Shown: positions 37,520-48,819 of the stretch, one piece after another
How positions within the stretch are numbered: position 1 is the stretch's first letter
Layout: each line of letters begins with the position of its first letter
Source of the DNA: Mobula birostris
Lineage: Eukaryota
NCBI RefSeq assembly: GCF_030028105.1
Contig: NC_092398.1
Coordinates: 24,691,649-24,755,648 of the forward strand
Length of the DNA: 64,000 nt
Direction of reading: 5' to 3'
The notes under the pieces: generated by a model
The model's database searches: none
What the model saw: only the letters and a program-made list of their open reading frames with translations
What the model was told of the DNA's origin: nothing
Made by a program: the position numbers and the translations under genes

Positions 37520-40223
37520 CAGGGGCAGCGCTTAGGTGGTGCTAGCTGGGGCTATAGCACTAGCAGAAATTGTAATAGCTCCACCATAGCACCACCAAGA
37601 AATTAACTGCAGCTGCTTTGCTTTCTCTGTATCGTTTTTAAAACAGCTTGTTTCCCCAGTTAATCTAGTGAAACAGCACCCCCAATTACCGTAGCAACCA
37701 CGCAGCAATAAAGTTATAAACTCTCTCAGATCCAATCTACACTTCTGCTTATTCGTTCGTTGTCAATGTCTTGCCGTTGCGTTCCTCAGATCAGTTAAGC
37801 TGATCTAAGGTCACTTAAGCTTGTGACGTCACTCACTCTCCCTCACGCGAGAGATTGATAGTATACATCCAGGCCCAGATCCGTGGCCTCGCGAGACTAA
37901 CGGATGCCACACGCGCGCACTGTGCTTTTACAAGCGAGCGTGGGCCTGGCACGTGCATTATTTTGGCAGGCGTGAAAAATTGATTGATTTTTAATCAGAA
38001 AACGACCTCATCCAGAGGAATCAGTGGTGTCTCTGCCGGAGCATGTCTTAATTGAAAGTGACATGCAGAAAGAAGTAAGTGGGGATGAGGACGACAGCAG
38101 TACATCGAAGGAGTGTGTGGGCGAAGTAGAGGAACAAGAAATGGAGCGGGATTCGGAAGAGAACGTGGATGAAGCTGCTCTTAGTGTGAGTGGAAATACT
38201 GTTAGTGATGTTAGCCAGCAGCCTGAGGAAAGACCCCGTCGCCCAGCATTGAAAAAGTACCCTTCGCAACAGCTTGGCAATCACAAAGGAGTATTCATAG
38301 CTGGTTTGTCCTGTACTCCTTGCTGGAATACTCAATCACAAAAGATGCTACATTCTGCTTCGCATGCAGACATTTCCTGTGTGGAGAACCTGGGTTCTAT
38401 TCTGAGTCTACCTTCACTGTCACAGATTACCGCAACTGGCGGAAAGCTACAACAGCTTTCAAAACCCACCACCTAAGTGCAGCTAACAACAGGAATTCTG
38501 CAGATGCTGGAAATTCAAGCAACACACATCAAAGTTGCTGGTGAACGCAGCAGGCCAGGCAGCATCTGTAGGAAGAGGTGCAGTCGACCTTTCAGGCCGA
38601 GACCCTTCGTCAGGACAGAAGGGTTGGACGCAGAGTCGCTTCTTAAAGGCATTGAACAGACGCTCGCCCAGTGTGTTATTGATAAGAACGCGTGTATAGA
38701 TCAGTGTTATGACGGGATGGCAGTGATGTCCGGGTGCAATAACGGGGTACAAGAGAGGCATTATACATACACTGCCATGCTCACAGACTTAGCCTTGTTT
38801 TAGTGGATGTTGCGAGCAATGTACCAGAAGCGGGTGAATTTTTTTGAAACTGTGCAGCTGCTTTGCAACTTCTTTTCAAACTCTGTTGCCCACGATCTTT
38901 TCATGAAGAAACACAGAGAATTGGAATCAACTGCACAGCCCGTGGACTTGAAGAAATTGCCAGATACACACTGGGCATGGCGGTATACAGCTTTGTGGGC
39001 TATAAGGATATCACTCTCCGCCATTCCAGCTGCTCTACAGGATATTATGGGTCAACCAAATGCACGGAGGAAAACGGTGGCCAGAGCTTTGAATGGACTG
39101 ATTTACGCGCAGTTTGCTTTACTTCTCACTCTGTTTGAGGATTTATTCGGAGTCACTAAGTTCATGTCAGACCAGCTACAATCTCCCACTTTGGAGCTTT
39201 CATCCGCTGTGGACTTGGCTCACTCTGTTACCGATGCACTCTCAGTAAAACGGGGAGAGGAATCATGGAGTGAAATTCAGACAAGAGCTAGGGACCTGTG
39301 CGTCAAGGCCGGTATACAGAGCAGAGCACATGAAAGGAGACGGGACCAGCCACCCCGCCGCCTACATCTTTTTGTTGTTGAGGCCCGAACTGAACGCACA
39401 CCTGTCACATCCTACGATGACCTCCGCAGCCACAGTTTCTATCCAGTTATAGACAGACTTCTGACTGAAATGGAAAGACGGTTCTCAATTGAGACTAGGG
39501 GTGTTCTGACTGAAGTCTTGGCATTGACTCCCAAACATAAGTTCTTCCTAGACAAGAATTGTCTTTGGCCAATGGCCCCAATTCTATGGAGTGACTGAAG
39601 TGAACCCGACTGCAGAGGTACATCAGGTTCGGCGTCTGTTGGAAACAAAACAAAAGGAAGGACAGACAATGAATGACACAGAGGAATTTCTAGCTCTAAT
39701 GAGACCCGACGGCGTTGCATATATACATTTATACAAACTAATCTGCATATCACTGACTCTGCCTGTTACATCTGCCTCATGCGAACGGAGTTTATTTTGC
39801 CTCAGACGCGTCGAAAACTACTTGAGGAACAACAGCGGCGATGCTCGGAACAGCAACTTGGCTCTGTTGGCCATAAACAGCCGGAGGCCCAAAGCACGTG
39901 ACATCCAGAAAATCATTGATGCTTTCGCCACAATCACAACAACAGACGGATTTTGCTTGTTTACACTCCGTGTAGCCCAGGTTGTCCTCGATGCCGTGTG
40001 ACACTGTAACAGTTCACTTCTATATTAGATCTATCAATTGATTTTGCTTGTGAATCAATAGAGGCTTTTACAGTAGGCACATAATGCTTGAAACTGACTT
40101 TTTAACGCCACGCGTCTGGCCTTGCGAATACATATTACTATACAGTGCATCCTTCAGCACCTTTACTGAATCATTCAGCCCCTCCGTAGCAAAAGCAAGA
40201 AAAAATCTCTTGCACCGTCACTG
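37520..40223 (+). mobile_element. hAT DNA transposon (ZMYM1-like transposase), defective
   Basis: TIRs CAGGGGCAGCGC / reverse complement CAGTGACGGTGC; 8-bp TSD ACGAGGAG/ACGAGAAG. Remnants FCFACRHF (TTF-type Zn finger), QCYDG..VMSG and LPVTSASCERS (dimerisation domain). Confidence 0.9.
38485..38617 (-). mobile_element. Penelope-related short element with hammerhead motif, nested in the hAT
   Basis: Minus strand CTGTC-CTGACGA-AGG-GTCTCGG-CCT-GAAAG-GTC-GACTG at 38581-38618. Absent from the paralogous hAT copy. Confidence 0.75.
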
Positions 40224-40369
40224 ACGAGAAGCATTTGATGGGTCTGGGCCTGTACTCACTGGAGATTTGAAGAATGAAGGGAGATCCTATGAAATATTAG
40301 AAGTCCTAGATAGAGTGCACAAGGAGAGGATGTTTCCTATACCTGGGCCTTCGCACTCAGAACTGCAGC

Positions 40370-41475
40370 TGGATTTTCAACTTCCTCACAGACAGAACCC
40401 AGGCTGTAAAAATAGAGGACAAGATCTCCTCTACAACCACTCTGAGCACCGGTGCCCCACAAGACTGTGTACTCAGCACCCTGCTGTACTTACTCTACAC
40501 CCATGATTCTGTAGCCAAGTTTCCATCAAACTCAATAGATAAGTTTGCTGATGTCAAAACAATTGTCGGCCGTATCTCGGGTAATGATGAGTTTGAATAC
40601 AGAGAGGAAATTAAGAACCTGGTGGCATGGTGCGAAGACAATAACCTATCCCTCAACGGCAGCAAGACGAAAGAATTAGTTGTTGAATTCGGAGGGGTAG
40701 CTACTGCACGACCCAATTTCCATCGGTGCTGCGCAAGTGGAACAGGTCAAAAGCTTCAAGTTCCTCGGGGTCAATATCACAAATAACCTGACTTGGTCCA
40801 ATCAAGCAGAGTTCACTGGCAAGAAGGCCCACCAGCGCTTTACTTCCTGAGCAAACTAAAGAAATTTGGACTGTCTCCTAAAGCCCTCACTAATTTTTGT
40901 AGATGCACTGTAGAAAGTATTCTTCTAGGGTGCATCACAACCTGGTACGGAAGTTGTCCTGTCCAAGACCGGAAGAAGCTGCAGAAGATCGTGAACACGC
41001 CGCAACGCATCACACAAACCAATCTTCCATCCTTGGACTCACTTTACACCGCACGCTGTCGGAGCAGTGCTGCCAGGATAAAAAGGACACGACCCACCCG
41101 GCCAACACACTTTTTTCGTCCCTCTTCCTTCCGGGAGAATGCTCAGGAGCTTGAAGACTCGTAAGGTCAGATTTGGGAACAGCGTCTTTCCAACTGTGAT
41201 AAGACTGCTGAACAGATCCTGAATAGGATCTGGGCCGTACCCTCCAAATATCCGGACCTGCTTCTCGATTTTTTTGCACTACCTTACTTCCCATTTTTCT
41301 ATTTTCTATTTACGATTTATAATTTAAATTTTTAATATTTACTCATTTTAACTAGATTTACTATTTTAAATATTGAATATTTTTGATCCAGGGAGTGTGA
41401 AGCGCAGAATCAAATATCGCTGTGATGATTTTACGTTCTAGTATCAATTGTTTGGAGACAATAAAGTATAAAGTA
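40370..41475 (+). mobile_element. 5'-truncated Rex1/Babar-type LINE (paralog 62515-63625)
   Basis: tgccccacaagactgtgtactcag (PQG region), KFADD-like motif, same 3' UTR and aataaagtataaagtataag tail as 3657-4745. Confidence 0.85.
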
Positions 41476-42225
41476 TAAGTGTAAGCATAAGTGTAAGTAT
41501 AGGAGGGGAGTCCAGGACAAGAGAGCACTGCCTTGTAATAGAAAGATGTCCATTTAAAACAGAGATGAGGAGGAATTTCTTTAGCCGGAGGGTGGTGAAT
41601 CTGCAGAATTTGTTGAGTTCTGTTCATTTGGGCTATGTAATTATTTAAGACGCATGCGCACTCTCCCAGTTATGCGCGTGCACGCGGAAGGAGGAAGAGG
41701 AACTGTAGGATGTAAATGTGGCGGCCTTGGGTATTGAACGGAGGCATACAAAGTAAAGTGGTTTAAACAAAAGGAAAATGTGTCTTTGCTGTTTGGCCGT
41801 TATCAGTGGTAGTGGAGGACGGTTACAATCTATCGACCTCTGGGATATGGGCCCTGCGCACTACTGCGTATGTTTGAAGCAGAGGTCGATAGGTTTCTGA
41901 TTGGAAAGAACATCAAAGGTTAAGGGGAGAAGTCAGGAGACTGGGGTTGAGAGAGACAATGAATCTGTCACGATGGAATCCCAGAGTAGACTTGATGAGC
42001 CAAATGGCCCAATTCTGCTCTTAGGGCTTATGGTTTTATGGTATCTAAGCTGTCTGACTTGATTCTCACAATTGACAGCAGAGAGGATGAGAGAGGTCTT
42101 GAGCAGTTGGGACTTGCTTCCGGGCAGAAACGGGCCACGATGGATTCTGTGTCAAGTTGACATCAGTGAAAATACGGTGGTGTTGACGGGGTCAGGCGAC
42201 ATTTCTCCAACTTGCCCGTTCTTAC

Positions 42226-42495
42226 CTAGAGGTATCATGAGCTTCCTACTGACAGCCTCGTGTTCCATCTGACAGACGTACCCGTGGCTGTCTCCATCTA
42301 GGGGGCGGACACTCCTAACTTGAAAGGTCCCATTGCTTTGAGGGACAACGTTGGTCGTGTCTGATCCATTGTCAGCGACTTCCCCGTTTCTGACCCAGTG
42401 AACTTTAATGTCCCGGGGGAAGAAGTTCTTGGCCGTGCACACCGGATATGTTTAGCCCCGTTTCTTCTGAGTCAAGGCTCTGGTATGGGTAGGAG
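42226..42495 (-). pseudogene. Orphan Ig C1-set domain exon (MHC class I alpha3 / class II beta2-like) with an in-frame stop
   Basis: Acceptor ccttcacag|, donor G|GTAAGA, 270 nt, phase 1-1. Translates xPTHTRALTQKKRG*TYPVCTAKNFFPRDIKVHWVRNG...VVPQSNGTFQVRS...YVCQMEHEA, with C-x13-W and YxCxxxH. TAA at 42452-42454. Confidence 0.8.
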
Positions 42496-43334
42496 CTGTG
42501 AAGGAATTGGAGAACAGTGTATGGGTTCAAAGTAGCTCAGCTCTCTTGTGACTGGACGGTATGGACAGAACTTCACCCTGTGTCTGACCCCGCGAGTATG
42601 TGATAGCACAGTGTAGAAGGGGCCTCACTCTGTGTCTGACCTAAGGAGTGGTAGATTGTGAGATCAAGAGTCCATCTTATCATACGACAGGACCACTTAA
42701 TACTTTTATAACAGCGGGGAGAAGCTGTCCTTAAGCCTAGTGGGATGTTCTTTCATGTTTTTCTATCTTCTGCCTGATAGGAGAGGGGAGAAGTGGGAAT
42801 CTCTCGGGGTGGGTGGGATCTCTTATCATTCTGGTTGCTGTACTCAGGCAGCGAGATGTCTATTGAGGGGAAGCTGGTTTTTGTGATGTGCTGAGATGTG
42901 TCCATGGCTCTCCGCTGTCTCTTGTGGTCACGGGCAGAGCAGTTGCCGCACTGAGCGTCGATGGATCTGGAGAGCGAGCAGGGGGTACGTTCTGACCGGC
43001 TGATCCGCGATACTGCCGGGAACTCTACACCTCTGGCCCGTACCACTGAACGGACCGAGCGTGGGCGGCACCTCACACATACACAGACAAGCAAATATTA
43101 AACTCCACCCATCAAAGCCGCCAAGATCTTATATAAGACAATAGAATTTAAATAATTCATTTCTTGTTATACCTTTCTATGTGCAAACAAACCTCATTCA
43201 TACGTTCTTTGGAGAAGTAGAAGTACGTGAATTATATACGTCATCACGCGATCACATGATACGTGCGGGCCTCGCTTGAAGTTAGTCCACATCCTTTTGA
43301 ATTAGTTTAATTAGTTGAGATACAAAGTATAACA

Positions 43335-43575
43335 TCTCAGTCTCCCTCTCTTCCTCCCCTACCCTCTCCGCCTCCTCCCCTCCCCTCCCTCTCTCTCATC
43401 CCCCTCTCCTCCTCTCTCCTCTCCCCTCTCCCCTCTCCCCCTCCCCTTCCCCTCTCCCTCTCCCTGCCCTTGCTCTCTCTGTCTATCCGCTCTCCCTTTC
43501 CACCATCTTGCTCTCTACCCTCTCTCTCACTCTCTCTCTCTCCCCTCCTCACTTTCTCTCTCCTCCGTTTCTCCT
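43335..43575 (+). repeat. Polypyrimidine low-complexity tract
   Basis: About 240 nt almost entirely C/T. Confidence 0.9.
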
Positions 43576-44789
43576 TCTAGTTGAATGACAGTAAACTTGA
43601 ACTAGATCAAATAGAACGATGGCCTCTATTGTGAGAGACTTGGCATATGGAAGCACAGATGAATGTTTATAACGATGTTGGTAAGACCATGCCTGGTGTA
43701 CTGTGTACAGTTCTGATCTTGGTCCTTAATGCAGAATACGTTTGCAGGGTGAGTTCTGGAGATGAATGGATTGATATATAAGGGAAGGTATGAACAGGTC
43801 GGGTCGACACTTGAGAGAGAGAGAGAAAGACATCAAGGTTGTGCGTACTGTCATCTGTGTTAGTGCAATGAAAGCCATAGAACATATAACATAGCACAGG
43901 CCATTTGGTCCACAACCTTTTAATTTCCTCCAAGATCAAACTAATCCTCCCCTCCCACATAGCCCTCTATTTTTTCTATCATCCATCCGCCTATCTCCGT
44001 CTCTTAAATGCCCCTGATATATCTGCCTCTACCACCCCTGGCAGGGCGTTTTGTGCACGTGCCACTCTATGTAAAGAACTTGCCTCTGAAAAGCCCTTCT
44101 CCCTTCCTCCAACCAGTTAAATTTATGCCAATCTTATTCAGTTCTGCTCTGCGAAAAGTCTCTGCCTGTCCACTCGAACTATGCCTCTCATCCTTGTTCA
44201 CTCTGAAGAGAAAATCCCCAGCTCGCTGGACTTATCCTCATTACACATGTCTCCTAGTCAAGATAGTATCCTGCTGAATCTCCTCTGCACCCCCTCCTTC
44301 CACATCCTTCCTATAATGAGGTGACCAAAGCTGAATACACGTCGAAGAGGACCACAATCTTGTCGTACGGTTTAGAGCTGGAGAAGTATGTTGGCTGGAG
44401 TCCGGGCTTTACGCTTTGGCTCTTGGTAGGGTCTGCCGTGTCATACAGGTCAAAGGGTAGAGGCCAGATTAAGAGTGGTTCACCAGTCCTCCAGGTTCAG
44501 TGGGTTCAGCTCAGTGCCAATAAACCTGACTAGTCAAACAAAATTGTTATGCAAACAGCAACGAGGAATCCTTCTACATCTGAGTGTGACAGTATCCCTA
44601 AGGATTTGCACGACTGACAACAGTGAAAACTGTGTCAAATCAAATCATCAGCAAGTGGACTGGGCGCTGCCCGTAAAGGTCACCACACTTCCGGTGCCAA
44701 CATAACGTGAGCATGACTCACTAACCCTAACCTGTACGTCATTGGATGTGGGAGGAATCTGGAGCAACCGGAGGAAACATCACCCAGAG

Positions 44790-45380
44790 CTGATATTGAG
44801 GCTCTATAAGGCACTCGTGAGACCACACTTGGAGTATTGCGTGCAGTTTCGGGCTGAAAGAATATACCTACATTGGAGAGGATTCAGAGAAGATTCACGA
44901 GAATGATTGCAGGAATGAAAGGGTTACTGTATGAGGAACGTCTGGCAACTCTTGGGCTGTATTCCCTGGAGTTCAGCAGAATGAGGGGGGATCTCACAGA
45001 AACGTTCCGAATGTTAAAGGGCCTGAACAGATTAGATATGGCTAAATTATTTCCCATGGTAGGGGATGCTAGGACAAGAGGGGAAGACTTCAGGATTGAA
45101 AGACGTCCATTTAGAACTGAGATGCGGGAAAATTACTTTAGTCAGAGGGTGGTAAATCTGTGGAATTTGTTGCCACGAGCAGCTGTGGAGGCCAAGTCAC
45201 TGGGTACATTTAAGGCAGCGATAGATCGGTTCCTGTTTAGCCAGGGCATCAAAGGGTATGGGGAGAAGGCAGGGAAGTGGGGATGACTGGTAGAATTGCA
45301 TCAGCCTATGATAGAATAGCGGAGCAGACTCGATGGGCCGAATGTCCTACTTCTGTTCCTATACCTTATGGTCTTATGGT
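44790..45380 (+). mobile_element. CR1 LINE 3' end
   Basis: ORF 44873-45286 MERIQRRFTRMIAGMKGLLYEERL...LYSLEFSRMRGDL...NLWNLLP, followed by the CR1 3' UTR. Confidence 0.9.
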
Positions 45381-45589
45381 CACGGGGAGAAAATTCGAAG
45401 TCAGACATCAAACATACAGACATCAGTGTTAATCGAACACCGATCAATAATCACTGGCACTATAGAGCAATTGTGCTATCTGCCACGATATCGTGCAGTC
45501 CCTGATTATGTTAATTAGACAGTTTAGATAAACCTTTGTTTGTAATGTACACTTCTGCTGCTGAAAAAATTGATTTTGATTGTATTTAT

Positions 45590-46150
45590 ACTGATTGAGT
45601 CCCTCTGTTGGTCCAGGTTGACCACGGTGTCCTAGCTGTCTACATAATACGCAAGATGGTACACAACTCAGAGCAGCACGATACGGTGAGCAAGCCGTTG
45701 CCGACACAACAGGCTCCCCCCTCTCCATGCTGCTGATAAAGCCAAAGGAATGCCAGAGACCGATACAGTTTGGCACCTACGACATCGCAGTAGTTGCTAG
45801 TCAGTGTGAACTCAACGTTCGACTGCCTTATCCGGCTCTGGATTTTTCCCTCGGGGTTTACTCCCAAAGCCTTCCCCATGGAAGGCAGCGGAGGTTTGAG
45901 ATCAGACTTTTCCTTCTCTTCGATGGAATGCCAACCACAGCTGATGAGCCCCATCTGCCTGAAGCGGTTGGTTTTACGGGACCAATAACCCACCTTTGCC
46001 TTTTTCCCTGTTAGTAGAAATGGTTCTGCTGGGCTTTATAGCTAAGCCACATGTGAAGTTCCAGGAGCTGGACTTGGATGTCAGAGGCTATTTGATCTGT
46101 GCACCATTGAGAGCTCATTCCCACTACCTTCCCAGGCTTTAACAACCTTA
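45590..46150 (+). mobile_element. Non-coding repeat, probably RTE-clade LINE 5' region
   Basis: Recognised from recall of similar elasmobranch repeats (gagaccgatacagtttggcacc...ttttccctcggggtttactccc). No ORF support. Confidence 0.4.
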
Positions 46151-46313
46151 AGGAATTGGTATTTAGAAGCTGTGCAGACATGCTTACTCCAGACATCTGT
46201 AAGGAATGGCAGATGAAGTTCAATTCAAATAAATGCAAGGTGTTACATTTTCATGGATCAAACCAAGACAGGGCATACACAGTGAACAAGCAAGTCCTGG
46301 TGAGTGTTGTAGA

Positions 46314-46789
46314 CACTGTTTCCTCTCACCTGTATGGGTGTGCGACCATGCAGTAACTGAAATGTTACCGCGCACATAGCCGTTGCTACTGCGCAGCTGA
46401 AATTCTCTTTTATATAATGTTAATATAATTTTGAAATATTGGCATAATTTTGATATAATGTTGGAATCTATGTTAATATAATTAAGAAATACCCTAATTA
46501 ATTATGTAAATGAATAGAGTTTATTAATTTTCTAAATAGTAAACATACCACAAGCTTTGAAACATTTTATTTCGATGCATTTACATTGTCAATGTTACAA
46601 GTTACGACACTGTTACAAATTGTAACAATGAACACAGAATGGAAGTCGGCAGCTCATTGTTAATAAACTGCCGGCCTGCTGAAAGTTGATGCTGTCATAT
46701 ACATATTAAAAAAAACATTTAAAGTGCCAGGTAGTTTTCAGAGCAGTGGTTAGTCCACTCAGTGGTAAAAAGAATTAGAGGGAAGGTCG
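46314..46789 (+). mobile_element. hAT-type MITE inserted in a CR1 fragment
   Basis: Ends CACTGTTTCCTCTCA / TTAGAGGGAAGGTCG; 8-bp TSD GTTGTAGA/GTTGCAGA. The CR1 sequence resumes across the site. Confidence 0.75.
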
Positions 46790-48819
46790 GTTGCAGAACA
46801 GAAAGACTAGGGTGTGTTGGTACATAAAACCTTAAAGTGGCGACACGGACAGGGAGGTAAAGAAGGTGTTTGTACACTTGCCGTCATCGGAAGGGCACTG
46901 AATATAGGAGTTGGGATGTCACGTTGTAGCTGTACAAAGACTTCAAAGACAAAGTAACAAAGTACGTATACTGTAGTGGGCTGGGTTGATCAGACCGAAA
47001 CTAATCGAGTGTCCGGCAAATGTAATAAGCAAACAGGCCCGACAAAGGAACTTAAGCCCAATTTATTATCACAAAAATAGAAAGGCACACAAAATACTCC
47101 GTACCAAGTCACAAAGATTCCAGTGCTCACAATTCTTAGAGACCAGTTGATTGTTGTTGGGGCATTTACGAATTCCAACTCGCTCATGAAATCATCCTGG
47201 GTCGTAGGCATCGATCGCGGTTTCCAGTCTAAAGAATCCAGGGAAAATTGTTCCAGTAAACAGGAGATCCACAATCGTAGAGAGAGACACACAGAGACAG
47301 ACAGATGCCTTGATCTTTTGCCCCCCTGCCATTAACCCAGCCTGGTTTCTTTCATTCATTAACACAGTGTTCAGCATACCCTTAACATAGAACATAGAAC
47401 ATAGAATAGTACAGCACAGTACAGGCCCTTCGGCCCACAATGTTGTGCCGACCCTCAAACCCTGCCTCCTGTATAAGCCCCCACATTAAATTCCTCCATA
47501 TACCCTTACTAATCAGTTGGACACTGTAATGGTCAGTCTTTATCCATCAGTCCACCAATGTTTAGGACTTAACTTTCCTTGAAATTACAGGCGATCAGTT
47601 TATCTTAAACGCCCTACCTCTTCCCACTTTAGATGCCCCGCCCTAAATACCCTATAAATCTTTACGTGCCTAAATGCCTCTAAATGCCTAACTGCCCTGC
47701 TTTTCATATCATCATCATCATCATCAGTCCGATGAGCCCTGAGCCCAGACTCTCGTTTTGTGGCCACTGTCCACGGCTCCCTGGGTAACTGAGCCATTTC
47801 CTCCAGCCAAGATGGCGCCGAGATTCAGTCTCTATCGAGGTCGTTGCTCAGACTGAAGTTGATTTTTTTAGGTTCGTATCAATGTTTTTGGTGACAGAGG
47901 GAGGTTTTACTGGTCAGGTTAGGATTTAGCGACAGGAATGTGGGGCAATTAGAGGTCAGGCCAGATCTAGGGCTCTACTCCACGAGCGAAGGCCACCGAT
48001 GACGTGAATGAAGGACTTTCATGGATGGGTGTTCAGTTGGCCAACATGCTGGACAAAGGCTAGCTCGTTCTCCTCCACACCCTGGGTCAGTCAGTTCGCT
48101 GTCGAAGCAGTGATATTGGAGGTACAGGAGGGCAGGAAGGATGAGGGTTGGTGACCCCTTAGCTACTCCAGTTGGCGTGTCTGGAGTTCGGGTCTAATGC
48201 CATCGATGAGGCCGGAGTTCGAGGACTGGAGTACAGGGTCCCATCATCATTATGCCCTGTGGTCAAGGACTGAAGGTCGATCGCGAGTCTGGAAATTGAG
48301 ACCCGATGGCCTCCGACACTGGGTCTCCAACAGACGCAGCCAGCCGGCCTTTCCTGGGTTTGGAGGACGGTCTGTGTGTGCGCGCCTGCGTGGCGGGTCA
48401 GCGGGTGACAGGGAGGTGCAAGATTTCTTTTGCTGTTGTTCTGCTGAACGTGGTGGGCAATCTGCGTAGGCGTCAGAATGTGTGGCAACACTGGCGGGCT
48501 GCACCCAACACAGCCTGTTGGTTCTTTCGATACACACACACGATATATCAATCAGCCTGAATCTGGGGCCGTAGGACCCGCTTCTGGACCGAGCTGAGAT
48601 CAAGATCTCAGAAGCCACTCTTGGAGTCTTCGGGAATCGCTACGCTGTGGGAGAGGGTAGCGATGATTTGAAGGCGCAGCGTGGGAAGGGCACTGCCAAG
48701 GGTCCTCCACACCGAGGGTGTTGAGGAATGGTACCGAGGGGTTGCGGTACCGTGAGATGGGCCGGGAAATGTGGCACTGCTGAGCTCTGTCAGGAACGCC
48801 ACACTGATAAATCTTCCAG

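Larger units (their letters stand above)
26788..41848 (+). repeat. First copy of a direct segmental duplication (partner 53111-64000, runs off the window)
   Basis: Continuous colinear similarity covering the GPCR 5' part, Penelope piece, Charlie element, hAT element and Rex LINE. The window's last bases match 41820-41848. Confidence 0.95.

Noticed and set aside
38024-40001. Host ZMYM1 / ZBED gene
   Set aside because: Intronless, multiply frameshifted and bounded by TIRs plus an 8-bp TSD, so it is a decayed transposon.
45941-45966. Second hammerhead type (CTGATGA...GAAG)
   Set aside because: Helix II cannot pair (GCCCCATCTGCCT), GAAA is replaced by GAAG, and no helix I or GUC partner is present.
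46990-47340. MHC alpha1/alpha2 exon upstream of the C1 exon
   Set aside because: None of the six frames gives convincing class I/II peptide-binding-domain motifs or paired splice sites.
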